64,000 bases of DNA from contig CAYPUE010000001.1 in the NCBI GenBank assembly GCA_964414015.1, forward strand, positions 8,893 to 72,892, written 5' to 3'. This document shows, in pieces, positions 1-9,544 of this stretch. The notes below the pieces were generated by a model, which made no database searches, was not told where the DNA came from, and saw only the letters and a program-made list of their open reading frames with translations. Both the position numbers and the translations under genes were made by a program. The DNA is from an uncultured Gammaproteobacteria bacterium. Its GTDB lineage: Bacteria > Patescibacteriota > Microgenomatia > Levybacterales > UBA12049. The stretch's first letter is position 1, and each line of letters opens with the position of its first letter.

Positions 1-1
1 T

Positions 2-1258
2 ATGAATTTAAAATACAGGTCAATGCTTAAGAAGAACAAAAAATGTATTGTTTGTAGTAATCCACGTCTTGTTAAATACTTGGATCTTGGTAAAATCGCG
101 CTTGCCAATTCTTGTCTAAATAAGGCTGATCTAAAACGGCCGGAGCTTAAATTCCCGCTACGGGTTTATTATTGCCCAAAGTGTCATCTGGCGCAACTTA
201 AAGATTGGGTCGATAGGAAATTGCTGTTTGAAGATTATGCCTATTTTACCGGAGCGTCACAACCGCTACATAAACATTTCAGAAAGTACGCTGAAGATGT
301 TTACAGAAGATTTCCTACCCAAACAAAACAGTTTATTCTGGATATTGGCAGCAATGACGGCATACTTCTTAAGCATTTTCAAAAATTAGGTGCAACGGTA
401 TTAGGCGTTGATCCGGCAAAAAATGTTGCTCGAATAGCCGAAAGAAATGGTATTGAAACCAAAGCCTTGTTTTTTAATCTAAACGTTGCCAAAAATATTT
501 TGAAAAAATACGGTCATGCCAGTATAATCACCGCCAATAATATTTTGGCCCATACAAATAACTTGCATGGAATAATTGCAGGCGTGAAAAAATTGCTTAG
601 CGAAAGAGGCATTTTTATATTCGAGGTGCAATATTTAGGTGATTTAATTAAAAAAAATGAATTCGACAACACTTACCATGAACATATCTGTTATTTTTCA
701 CTTTTCCCTTTGGTAAAGCTTTTGGATATCTGGGGATTACAAATATTTGATGTTGAACGTGTTGACACTCAAGGCGGATCTATACGCGTATTCGCCGGAC
801 ATAAACCCTTATTATTCCCTGTTAATAAAAGAGTCCGAAAAATGCAAAACTTCGAAGAAGAAAACGGCATCCATAATGTTAAGACATACAGGAAATTCGG
901 TACTGTTCCGCAAGAAATCAAGAAAAAACTATTGAAGCTGTTAATCGGTCTAAAAAAACAAAATAAAAAAATAGTAGGTTATGGCGCAGCTGCCAAGGGC
1001 AATACTTTACTTCAATATTGCGGGATTGGAACAGAAATAATTGATTATATTGCAGACACGACCGCATTTAAACAGGGAAAATTTACTCCAGGCACACACA
1101 TTCCTATATTACCGCCTGAACACATCAAAAAAAATCTTCCCGATTATGTTTTAATTTTGGCATGGAATTACGCCTCTTCAATTATGAAAAATGAGTCGTG
1201 GTTAAAAAACAAAAGCGTTAAATTTATAGTGCCGATTCCGAAGATAACAATTATATAG
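2..1258 (+). CDS. SAM-dependent sugar C-methyltransferase-like protein (NDP-hexose C-methyltransferase architecture)
   Basis: 418 aa ORF. N-terminal Cys4 zinc-ribbon (CIVC...CPKC). Central SAM-binding motif LDIGSNDGILL. C-terminal C-methyltransferase-like domain. This three-part layout is typical of TylCIII-type sugar C-methyltransferases. May be 5'-truncated at the window edge. Confidence 0.55.
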   Translation: MNLKYRSMLKKNKKCIVCSNPRLVKYLDLGKIALANSCLNKADLKRPELKFPLRVYYCPKCHLAQLKDWVDRKLLFEDYAYFTGASQPLHKHFRKYAEDVYRRFPTQTKQFILDIGSNDGILLKHFQKLGATVLGVDPAKNVARIAERNGIETKALFFNLNVAKNILKKYGHASIITANNILAHTNNLHGIIAGVKKLLSERGIFIFEVQYLGDLIKKNEFDNTYHEHICYFSLFPLVKLLDIWGLQIFDVERVDTQGGSIRVFAGHKPLLFPVNKRVRKMQNFEEENGIHNVKTYRKFGTVPQEIKKKLLKLLIGLKKQNKKIVGYGAAAKGNTLLQYCGIGTEIIDYIADTTAFKQGKFTPGTHIPILPPEHIKKNLPDYVLILAWNYASSIMKNESWLKNKSVKFIVPIPKITII

Positions 1259-2009
1259 AGTGTTTGTGGCGTTTAAAAAGCTTAGTCTCGAATCCCAAAC
1301 GAGTCCAAAGATATTGCGTTAAAACTCCAAAGGTCTGAAAGGTATATTTAACAGACTCCTTAATGCTAATCGAACTATGTTCGTGGGCATAATCACCCCT
1401 CACAGGAATCTCCCCTACTCTCAAATTATGGTATGCGGCAAGAGCGATTATCTGAAAACTAAATAAGTGATCATTGGACGTATGTTTTAAGTCAGCTTTA
1501 GTCAAAAGCCGCCGGCTATAAATGCGAAAGCCTGTGTGAAATTCGGAAAACGGCAACCGCAGGATTAGACGATCCAAAAAACTCAAGCCGATATTCGCCA
1601 GATACTTAAGAAGCGGCATTTTATCTTTTAAGGGAAGCTTTAAATCTGTAAATCTGGAACCTAAGATAAAATCATAACCTTTTTTAATTTTTTGAATTCC
1701 CGGGATGATACCCAAAGTGCCATACTGTCCGTCTCCGTGAATTTCCACCATGTATTCCCCACCCATTTCAAGAGCTTTTTGCAAGCCGTATTTTATATTA
1801 CCACCATATCCGAGACGCGGATGGGAAAAACATGGAATACCAAGCCTCTTAGCAATAACGCCAACGCTATCTCCACTTTCGTCATTGGAAATAATGATGC
1901 TATCAAAAACCCTTTCCGGCAAACTGCGATAGACGCTCTCCAAAAAAGATGCATGTTTGTACGTCAGGATAATCCCGATTACTTTTGGACTTTTAATGGT
2001 AGTCTTCAT
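1251..2009 (-). CDS. GT2-like glycosyltransferase (soluble, DPM1-like DxD: HGDGQY ... GSRF)
   Basis: 252 aa. N-terminal Rossmann-like beta strand IGIILTYK. Acidic D-x-D-like motif IHGDGQY followed by GSRF. Same pattern as ORF 4747..5529. Confidence 0.45.
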   Translation of the reverse strand: MKTTIKSPKVIGIILTYKHASFLESVYRSLPERVFDSIIISNDESGDSVGVIAKRLGIPCFSHPRLGYGGNIKYGLQKALEMGGEYMVEIHGDGQYGTLGIIPGIQKIKKGYDFILGSRFTDLKLPLKDKMPLLKYLANIGLSFLDRLILRLPFSEFHTGFRIYSRRLLTKADLKHTSNDHLFSFQIIALAAYHNLRVGEIPVRGDYAHEHSSISIKESVKYTFQTFGVLTQYLWTRLGFETKLFKRHKHSI

Positions 2010-2145
2010 TGCTTTAATTATACAACATTGTCCTTAGCAAGGTATCAAAGATTTTTGTTTCCCATTATTTGGAAGAAGCGGTTTTACTGCCCACTACATC
2101 TAATTAGACATAATATAACCACATATTATATAATTACTAAAGTAA

Positions 2146-3141
2146 ATGAAAAAACAACGTAGGGAATTAATGCTGCAAGATGCAATAGTTTCCGTAATTG
2201 TCGTCACTCAAAACGATGAGGATATTGCGGTAAACAGACTGAAAGAGATAAATAAAGAGCTTGTAAAGCTTAATGTAGATTACGAAATTTTGGTCGTTGA
2301 CAATAATTCTTCGGATAACACGATACAAGAAATAAGAAAAATAGGGAAAACTATTCCCTACATTAGAACATTAAGATTGTCTAAACAATACGATAAAGAA
2401 ATTGCGCTAACAGCCGGGCTTGATAACTGTATAGGAGATTATGCTATCTTATTTGATATATATTTGGATCCGCCGGAAATGCTTCAAGCCTTGGTAAATA
2501 AACTCTTAGAAAATTACGACGTTGTAATTGGAAAGCCGTCAAGAGATATAGTAAGGTATGGATTTCTAAGTAAAATTTTCTTATCGATCGTAAAAAAAAT
2601 CTCTTCCCACGAATTTTATTACAGTCCAAATTATTTAATTGCGTTAAATAGGAAAGCAATCAACTCAATCACCCGTACACGCAGAAAAAGCAGAAATTTC
2701 AGCTATATAAATTATTTAATAGGATTTAAAAAGTGCGCAGTTGAGTATAAACCTTTGAAAACTTTCCGTTACAAATTAAAGAAAGAAAGCTTTCCGGAGC
2801 TTCTTTTAAACGTAATTGACATAATCATTTCAAATTCATTTAGGCCAATTAGGGTGTTTAGTTTTCTAGGAATGTTCTTTAGCTTCCTTTTCATAATCTA
2901 TATCTTTATTATAGTTTTGCTTGAGGTAGTTTTCGGAAAGCATATTGCCCCACAGGGATGGATTAGTGTCGCTACGGTTCTAGGCACAATGTTTTTTCTA
3001 TTATTTTCTTTGTTAACTTTAATTTCTGAATACATTATAAGGATAATGAATGAATCCCGAAACGAACCGCTTTATTTTATAGCTGACGAGATAGACAAAT
3101 CAGTAATTCTTAGAAAAAAACGGAGCGTAAATGTGGTTTAG
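2146..3141 (+). CDS. GT2 glycosyltransferase with C-terminal transmembrane helices (GtrB/ArnC/DPM1-like polyprenyl-phosphate sugar synthase candidate)
   Basis: 331 aa. VSVIVVTQNDE ... YEILVVDNNSSDNT ... then two hydrophobic helices at the C-terminus (FSFLGMFFSFLFIIYIFIIVLL, ISVATVLGTMFFLLFSLLTLI). The true start may be the internal ATG near 2170 (MLQDAIVSVIVV). Confidence 0.6.
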   Translation: MKKQRRELMLQDAIVSVIVVTQNDEDIAVNRLKEINKELVKLNVDYEILVVDNNSSDNTIQEIRKIGKTIPYIRTLRLSKQYDKEIALTAGLDNCIGDYAILFDIYLDPPEMLQALVNKLLENYDVVIGKPSRDIVRYGFLSKIFLSIVKKISSHEFYYSPNYLIALNRKAINSITRTRRKSRNFSYINYLIGFKKCAVEYKPLKTFRYKLKKESFPELLLNVIDIIISNSFRPIRVFSFLGMFFSFLFIIYIFIIVLLEVVFGKHIAPQGWISVATVLGTMFFLLFSLLTLISEYIIRIMNESRNEPLYFIADEIDKSVILRKKRSVNVV

Positions 3142-3144
3142 TTT

Positions 3145-3912
3145 ATGTTATCTGCTCTAATAGGTTACACCGGTTTTATTGGCGGCAATCTCCTTAAGCA
3201 AACAAGATTTGACGATTTGTATAATTCCAAAAACATAAATAATATCAAAGGTAAAAAATACGATTTGATTGTCAGCGCGGGAACGACTAGCCTTCGCTGG
3301 AAAGCTGACCTTGAACCAAACGTTGACTGGCAAAATATACAAAAACTTATAAATTGTCTTAAGCAGGTGGAAGTCAAGCATTTTATTCTCATCTCAACGG
3401 TAGATGTTTATCCAAAACCTTTCGCCGTTGATGAAGATACCACAATCACTGAAGAGAGACAAAAGGGATATGGATTAAACCGTTACAAGCTTGAAATGTT
3501 CATTCGAAAAAACTTTAAAAGTTTCACCTGCGTACGTTTGCCGCAAACTTTTGGATATGGACTGAAAAAGAATTTTATTTTTGACTTAATTTACAATAAC
3601 GCTTTAGGCTTTACGCATAAGGACAGCTTATTTCAATGGTATAATTTAGAAAATCTTTGGAAGGATATCTCCATAGCACGCGAATACAACATTCCTATTA
3701 TTAATTTTACAGTTGAGCCGCTAAGCGCCAAAGAAGTAGCAGAATATACACTAAACATTTCTTTTAAAACCATAACCGACAAGCCTCCACTTCATTACGA
3801 TATGCGGACTAAATATAGTTCTTTGTATAATTCGCATGATCATTATATTTACCATCGTTCGGAAACACTCGAGACGCTAAAAACATTTATAGAGGAGGGG
3901 AATAAAATTTGA
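3145..3912 (+). CDS. NAD(P)-binding Rossmann-fold sugar epimerase/reductase-like protein (RmlD-like)
   Basis: 255 aa. N-terminal GYTGFIGGNL glycine-rich dinucleotide-binding motif. Size and context fit an NDP-sugar reductase/epimerase. No clear YxxxK. Confidence 0.4.
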   Translation: MLSALIGYTGFIGGNLLKQTRFDDLYNSKNINNIKGKKYDLIVSAGTTSLRWKADLEPNVDWQNIQKLINCLKQVEVKHFILISTVDVYPKPFAVDEDTTITEERQKGYGLNRYKLEMFIRKNFKSFTCVRLPQTFGYGLKKNFIFDLIYNNALGFTHKDSLFQWYNLENLWKDISIAREYNIPIINFTVEPLSAKEVAEYTLNISFKTITDKPPLHYDMRTKYSSLYNSHDHYIYHRSETLETLKTFIEEGNKI

Positions 3913-4727
3913 ATATAGCGATATCAAACATTGCCTGGAACAAAAAAGAAGATGGGGAAATTGCAAAAATATTGCAAAAGTATGACATTTCCGGAATAGA
4001 AATTGCGCCAACAAAAATCTGGGAAAATCCTCTTGAGGCAAAAGGGAAAGAAATAAGAGAATATAAAAAGTATTGGCTAAATAATGGCATCAATATTGTC
4101 GCTATGCAATCTCTTTTATACGGGCATCCGGAATTAACCATATTTGATTCCAAAGAAATAAGAGAAAAAACTAGAAGTTATATTTCCCGTATTATCGATT
4201 TATCCTTTTTATTGGGTTCTAAAATAATGGTGTTCGGATCGCCTAGAAATAGACTTATAAATGGATTGAATTATAATAAAGCTTTGGAAATCGCCTGCGA
4301 GTTTTTTTACAAAATTGCCGAAATTTGCAAACAATATGAGATATTTTTCTGCATTGAACCAAATCCTCCACAATACGGTGCAGATTTTATTCTCAATACC
4401 AATGACGCGATAAAATTAGTAAAAGCAGTTAATCATCCGCATTTTAGACTTCATCTTGATACAAGCACTATGGCGATAAATAAAGAATCCTACGACGATT
4501 CTATAAAAAATGGCTTAAGCCTCCTTAAGCATTTCCATATTAGCGAACCCTATCTTGAACCCGTAAGAAAAGAAGGAAAAGTGGATCATCAAACAATAGC
4601 TGGTATTTTAAAAAAACTTCATTATAATAATAAATGGGTTTCTATAGAAATGCGATCGCTTGATAATGTCTCCAATAAGGAACGCGTTAATAAAGCACTT
4701 GAATTAGTAACTAAAATTTACAGATAA
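3909..4727 (+). CDS. Sugar phosphate isomerase/epimerase (xylose isomerase-like TIM barrel)
   Basis: 272 aa. Starts with the TTG codon read as Met by the ORF track. IAISNIAWNKKEDGEI...GIEIAPTKIW and HLDT/HISE motifs are typical of AP-endonuclease-2/xylose-isomerase-like TIM-barrel enzymes. Confidence 0.5.
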   Translation: MNIAISNIAWNKKEDGEIAKILQKYDISGIEIAPTKIWENPLEAKGKEIREYKKYWLNNGINIVAMQSLLYGHPELTIFDSKEIREKTRSYISRIIDLSFLLGSKIMVFGSPRNRLINGLNYNKALEIACEFFYKIAEICKQYEIFFCIEPNPPQYGADFILNTNDAIKLVKAVNHPHFRLHLDTSTMAINKESYDDSIKNGLSLLKHFHISEPYLEPVRKEGKVDHQTIAGILKKLHYNNKWVSIEMRSLDNVSNKERVNKALELVTKIYR

Positions 4728-4746
4728 TACAGTTAAGTACAATAAT

Positions 4747-5529
4747 ATGTTAAGGCAAACTAATTGGGAAATACCGTCATATAGTTTATCTGAATTTAAA
4801 CCCAAAGAAACAAAATACTGCATCTGTATTCCTGTTATAAATGAAGGAGAAAAATTCAAACAGCAATTAATAGCAATGGAAAAATATGCTTCCCTTGCTG
4901 ATATCATCATCCTTGACAAAGGCAGTACCGATGGGTCAACAGACCCCAATTTTTTAAAAAAAAATAAAGTCAGAAGCCTATTGGTGCTAAAAGAAAAAGG
5001 AAGACAAGGCGCACAGCTTAGAATGGGATTTGCATACGCTTTAGAACAAGGATACGAAGGCGTGATTACCATAGATGGTAATGGTAAAGACGGTATAGAT
5101 GCCATACCAGATTTTGTTCGTGCTCTAGATGAAGGTTTTGACTACGTTCAAGGGTCCCGCTTTATTAAAGGCGGCGTATGGATAAACACCCCTCTTCTTC
5201 GAGCTGTTGGAATACGATTTCTCCATGCGCCCATCTTAAGCCTTGCAGCAGGCTATTGGTATACCGATACTACTAATGGCTTCAGAGCCTACAGTAAAAA
5301 ATATTTACTTCATCCGAAAGTTAAACCATTTAGAAACATTTTCGATAGATACGAATTAATATTTTATCTTACAGCCAGAGCCAACCAGCTTGGACTTAAA
5401 ACTAAAGAGATTCCTGTCAGCAGGATTTATCCGAAAGGAGAAATTCCTACAAAAATTACAGGATTAAAAGGAAATGCAGATTTGTTATTTACTGTCTTAA
5501 AAATTCTTGTCAATGTCTATAATCCCTAG
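4747..5529 (+). CDS. GT2-like glycosyltransferase (soluble; IDGNGKD ... GSRF)
   Basis: 260 aa. CICIPVINEGEKF, IIILDKGSTDGS, ITIDGNGKDGIDAIPDF, QGSRF. Paralogous in pattern to 1251..2009. Confidence 0.5.
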   Translation: MLRQTNWEIPSYSLSEFKPKETKYCICIPVINEGEKFKQQLIAMEKYASLADIIILDKGSTDGSTDPNFLKKNKVRSLLVLKEKGRQGAQLRMGFAYALEQGYEGVITIDGNGKDGIDAIPDFVRALDEGFDYVQGSRFIKGGVWINTPLLRAVGIRFLHAPILSLAAGYWYTDTTNGFRAYSKKYLLHPKVKPFRNIFDRYELIFYLTARANQLGLKTKEIPVSRIYPKGEIPTKITGLKGNADLLFTVLKILVNVYNP

Positions 5530-6653
5530 CTAAAATCTGGATTTTGTCTTTTAATCTCATCTATAGCATCGTAGATGTTGTCTATTTTCCCACCCATGAC
5601 GATATGAAAATTCTTTATTCCGTAATCCTTTCTGTATAAAATCGGCCTCCTGTCATTTGCCTCATTCTCAATCAGAAGAGTTTTTGTTTCCCAAATCGAG
5701 CCTAAACTCTTAAGGCCTTTCAGGGATGGTATATATCTTTGAGCATCTTTTATCATGAATGGAAAATGCGAATCTTTTTTAAAACTTGATAGCTCAATTC
5801 TTTTTTTATCTCTAGCTTGTTTACTTAAGTCTAACCACGCAAAACGAGGAGTATACCGAACATGATGCAGGGTGTGCAATTTTTTATCAGGAAAGGGCAT
5901 TAGAGAAAAAAATGGTCCATCCATTATCGTTACCCCAAAATTCTTTAATTCTTCTGGCATCTTAATTAAAGGCATCTCTGTAAATTCATGTTTAAAAGGA
6001 AGAAACGGTAAATCAGAATGGCCAAGAACCGTATTTATTTGCGAGTAAGTGCAATTAAAAACGTGCTCTCCTGTTATGCCATTGTCGCCTTTTGTGCTAA
6101 TGCTTATACTTCCGTCTTTTTGTTTATTTATCTTCGCGACTTCAGTATTGTATAGAATTTTTACGCCCGCCTTTTGCAGCTTATTTTTCAACAGCTTTCT
6201 TAATATTCCTGCATTATATACTGCTTCTTCAACAACAAAAACATCTTCTATCAATCTTCGATTAAATAATCTTCTTATTCTTTCGGGAGCCGGCTTAATG
6301 GGGGAACCTACTTGGTTGCAAAATTTTCGAAATTGAGCGCTTGTTACTTTTGAATTATTGGAAGCTATAGCATAAACCATGGTAAAATTATCTTTAATTG
6401 CTTCTTTAAAATCTTTAATAAATTGAGAGAAATTTACGTGAGATCTTAAAGCGGTTATAAAACTTCGGGGATAATGGTAACCATTATGGACACGGGCTTG
6501 ATTGCTGTAGGAAGCTTTTGTTAACAAATCCTTCTCTTTTTCAAGAATTAGGATTTTGTCAAACTTTTTCCGCAAATATAAAGCCAGCATGCAGCCATAA
6601 AATCCCCCTCCGATCACCACTACATCGAAATTTTTCTTTTTAAGAATGTTCAT
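5526..6653 (-). CDS. FAD/NAD(P)-binding oxidoreductase
   Basis: 375 aa. N-terminal dinucleotide-binding GxGxxG motif (DVVVIGGGFYGCMLALYL) followed by an acidic residue about 20 aa later (ILILEKE). The product could be an NDP-sugar oxidoreductase or mutase, but is not resolvable from sequence alone. Confidence 0.5.
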   Translation of the reverse strand: MNILKKKNFDVVVIGGGFYGCMLALYLRKKFDKILILEKEKDLLTKASYSNQARVHNGYHYPRSFITALRSHVNFSQFIKDFKEAIKDNFTMVYAIASNNSKVTSAQFRKFCNQVGSPIKPAPERIRRLFNRRLIEDVFVVEEAVYNAGILRKLLKNKLQKAGVKILYNTEVAKINKQKDGSISISTKGDNGITGEHVFNCTYSQINTVLGHSDLPFLPFKHEFTEMPLIKMPEELKNFGVTIMDGPFFSLMPFPDKKLHTLHHVRYTPRFAWLDLSKQARDKKRIELSSFKKDSHFPFMIKDAQRYIPSLKGLKSLGSIWETKTLLIENEANDRRPILYRKDYGIKNFHIVMGGKIDNIYDAIDEIKRQNPDFS

Positions 6654-6734
6654 TCAAAAATTAAGTAAAATTATAACATATTTTGTTGCTTATCATTTTA
6701 GAAATTATCTACATTTTCTGTTAAGATAAAGTGT

Positions 6735-8942
6735 GTGAATAAACTTATGGCATTTTTTATCTCAAACAAACTTCTCTCGATCATTCTTTTTATCGCCTTG
6801 TTTGTTCGGATACTTGGTCTTTACCCCAATTTTATAAATCATCCTGATGAAGGGTGGGTACAAACATATTCAGGAAAATTATTCTACAACATTATTACGA
6901 AAGGCGATTTTAATCCTTATACATATAAGTATGGATCATTTATTTTTTATCTTGCAGCTATTCCGTACTTCCCAATTACGTCTGTCTCGTATCTAGCGGA
7001 AAGAGTGCAAGACGCAATTTTACCTTTCTCCACATCTTATTCGATGCCTTCATTTATCGAATACCTTACGAGAGTTGGATACAGTCAGCATCAAACGCTG
7101 ATATTTTGGTCTCAAAGAGCATTGGTTGCTCTTTTGGGAGCAGCCAGTGTGATCATACTTTATTTAATAGCCAAAAAGCTTTTTAACAAACCCATTGCGC
7201 TTTTAGCTGCTTTTTCATTTGCTGTTTTTCCGTTTCACGTTCGCGATTCTCATTATGTCGCAACAGATGTACCCGCAACATTTTTTATTTTATTAGCTGT
7301 TCTTTTTATGGTCAATCTTTCCAAAACAAGCAAATTAAAATGGTATTTTCTTTCCGGTTTCATGATCGGACTCTCAACTGCTGTTAGATATTTTCCTGTT
7401 GCGTTATTTGTTTATCCCATTGCAATTCTTCTTGATAAACAAAAAAATAAAATGTGGCTGCTGAAAATTATCCTTGGTTTTATCGCAATGCCTATTGGAA
7501 TCTTCGTAGGCTTACCTTACCTTTTCCTGAACCCCCAAAGCCACATTATCTTTCAGCAGGATATGGAAAAATGGGTTCTACCATGGTATAGCACGACAAT
7601 ATCAACGTATGTCTCATCTCTTGTGTCTTTTGTTCTGTCAAACGGACAAGGGATATTGCCAAACATTACAACTCTTATACCAAATACGTTCTCCCCCTAT
7701 TATGCGCGTTTTATTTTCTTTAGTGGTCTAGGACAAATATCGACAATTGCTTCCTTGATCGGCTTAGCAATAATTCTACTGAAGTTCCCAAAACAATTTA
7801 TATTTTTATCAATAATCCCATTTATTACTTTTATCTACATTAGCTTCTATATGCACGCGCAATACGAAAGGCTGGCGATACCCATTACGCCATTTTTATC
7901 CCTATATATTGGCGTTTTCATCTATACTTTTTGGAGTTGGATAAAACAGTTAAATGCGGTTAAAGCAAAAGTCATTTTCGGAATAGTTTGTTTTTCTGTT
8001 TTTTATTATCCCTTTACTCAATCTTTCAGTTCCAGTTGGGCTTGCGGACAAAAAACCGTATATCAGCAAAGTCAGGAATGGATTGCAGATAATATGCCTG
8101 ATAATCCAAAGGTTGCATATAAAACATATATTTCTTTTCCTTCGAAACCTTTTGATAAGCTGACAGAGATTAAGCCTACTGAAAATTTTTCTCTTGAAGA
8201 AGTACGCAATACGGACTCTGACTACGCATTTATAAATACCAGTAACGCATTGGGATATTACGCTTATAGATTTGACACTGATTTTTTTATTCCCCCAAAT
8301 GATATCTATCAAAACAATTTTGTTCTCTTGTCTCTATATGAATATAAAACAAGGGGAACACTACTAAAAAAACTGTCAAAACCAGATATGTGCGCTCAAG
8401 ATAATCTTTTATTTTATAAACTTCCCTCTCTGTTGCCCGAATCTAAAAACTTAATTAAAAATTTTTCATTTGAGACTACAAACGACATGAAGTTTTGGAG
8501 TCTTCAAAATTACTCATTGAGATCTAAAAAAGCAGAGATGCTTTATTCTGAAAAAGAAGGCATTGAAAAAGGATCATTAGGGTATAAATGGGAGAATATT
8601 TCTTTTACGCCGCCAAGAATAATTTCTCAAAAAATTAAAGTCACGGGTGGAAAAATATATACATTTTCGGGTTGGATAAAATCCAGCCAAATTCTTAAAT
8701 CAAATGAAAGAGATGGATTTTTAAGAATAGACTTTTATAAAGACCCAAAAAACAAAATTATTTTACCAGGCGACGCAGTTGCTCTTTCCCCAAGAGTTTA
8801 TGGTGACCCGGAATGGAAAAAAGTATCAATTTCCGCAATCGCTCCAAATGGCTCAAGCTTCGCTATTATCTCCCTAAACGTTACTGCGACAAAATCATCA
8901 GGGTCATTTTATTTTGATAATCTTCAATTCCTTGAACCTTGA
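6735..8942 (+). CDS. Large polytopic membrane protein, GT-C-like glycosyltransferase with C-terminal CBM-like beta-sandwich domain
   Basis: 735 aa. About 12 predicted TM helices in the N-terminal 430 aa, with an acidic first-loop motif NHPDEGW. The soluble C-terminal about 300 aa ends GSFYFDNLQFLEP, resembling CBM4/9-type carbohydrate-binding modules. The ORF begins at GTG, and an ATG at 6747 is an alternative start. Confidence 0.5.
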   Translation: MNKLMAFFISNKLLSIILFIALFVRILGLYPNFINHPDEGWVQTYSGKLFYNIITKGDFNPYTYKYGSFIFYLAAIPYFPITSVSYLAERVQDAILPFSTSYSMPSFIEYLTRVGYSQHQTLIFWSQRALVALLGAASVIILYLIAKKLFNKPIALLAAFSFAVFPFHVRDSHYVATDVPATFFILLAVLFMVNLSKTSKLKWYFLSGFMIGLSTAVRYFPVALFVYPIAILLDKQKNKMWLLKIILGFIAMPIGIFVGLPYLFLNPQSHIIFQQDMEKWVLPWYSTTISTYVSSLVSFVLSNGQGILPNITTLIPNTFSPYYARFIFFSGLGQISTIASLIGLAIILLKFPKQFIFLSIIPFITFIYISFYMHAQYERLAIPITPFLSLYIGVFIYTFWSWIKQLNAVKAKVIFGIVCFSVFYYPFTQSFSSSWACGQKTVYQQSQEWIADNMPDNPKVAYKTYISFPSKPFDKLTEIKPTENFSLEEVRNTDSDYAFINTSNALGYYAYRFDTDFFIPPNDIYQNNFVLLSLYEYKTRGTLLKKLSKPDMCAQDNLLFYKLPSLLPESKNLIKNFSFETTNDMKFWSLQNYSLRSKKAEMLYSEKEGIEKGSLGYKWENISFTPPRIISQKIKVTGGKIYTFSGWIKSSQILKSNERDGFLRIDFYKDPKNKIILPGDAVALSPRVYGDPEWKKVSISAIAPNGSSFAIISLNVTATKSSGSFYFDNLQFLEP

Positions 8943-8989
8943 CAATAATATTGCTTAAACTTATAATAAACAATATTAATATTACTCGA

Positions 8990-9526
8990 ATGAAGAAAAG
9001 TACATTATATATATCTATAATATTATTGTCGTTGTTTATTTTCCCTCCTGTTCAGGCTTCATTCGCAGAAGAATCAACCCAATCTGCTATAATTAAATAT
9101 GACCTTGCTTATCCGGGTATTCTTCCAGATAATCCTTTATACAAATTGAAAGTTGTTAGAGATAGAATAGTTGCATCCCTCATATCTGATCCCTATAAGA
9201 AAATCGAATTTTATCTACTCCAAACAGATAAAGGAATTTTAGCGACAGCAATGCTTATTGACAATAATAAGGTTGACCTTGCCCTACAAACAGCTTTAAA
9301 AGCAGAAAATAACTACACTTTGTTAACTCAACAATTATATAAGTTTCGCCAAAAACCAAATGCTAATTTTTTTAAAAAATTGAAAACAGCTTCGTTAAAA
9401 CACCAGGAAGTGCTCGCATCGTTAATTAAAAGAGTTCCTGAAAAAAATAAACAAGCCTTTGCGAACATTATTTATTTCTCACAAAGAAATCTTGAAACAA
9501 TAGAGGAATACAGGATAAAACGATAG
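8990..9526 (+). CDS. Secreted hypothetical protein (signal peptide), paralog of 26927..27460
   Basis: The ORF track gives 8939..9526. The likely start is the internal ATG at 8990 (MKKSTLYISIILLSLFIFPPVQASFA, a classic signal peptide). Shares motifs with the other paralog: YPG/LP...LYKLK near the N-terminus and LKHxEVLxxLxxxVPEK near the C-terminus. Confidence 0.5.
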   Translation: MKKSTLYISIILLSLFIFPPVQASFAEESTQSAIIKYDLAYPGILPDNPLYKLKVVRDRIVASLISDPYKKIEFYLLQTDKGILATAMLIDNNKVDLALQTALKAENNYTLLTQQLYKFRQKPNANFFKKLKTASLKHQEVLASLIKRVPEKNKQAFANIIYFSQRNLETIEEYRIKR

Positions 9527-9544
9527 AATCTTCCGTAAGCTTGA

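Noticed and set aside
1692-2162. Numerous 60-160 aa ORFs from the six-frame track nested inside larger genes (for example 1692..2162, 7950..8312, 12097..12450, 49364..49756)
   Set aside because: They overlap long ORFs that have clear family signatures and show no independent features. They are typical AT-rich antisense open frames.
5526-6653. UDP-galactopyranose mutase assignment for the FAD-binding protein
   Set aside because: Only the generic N-terminal GxGxxG/FAD motif is recognisable. Characteristic UGM motifs are not evident, so I kept the call as a generic FAD/NAD(P)-binding oxidoreductase.
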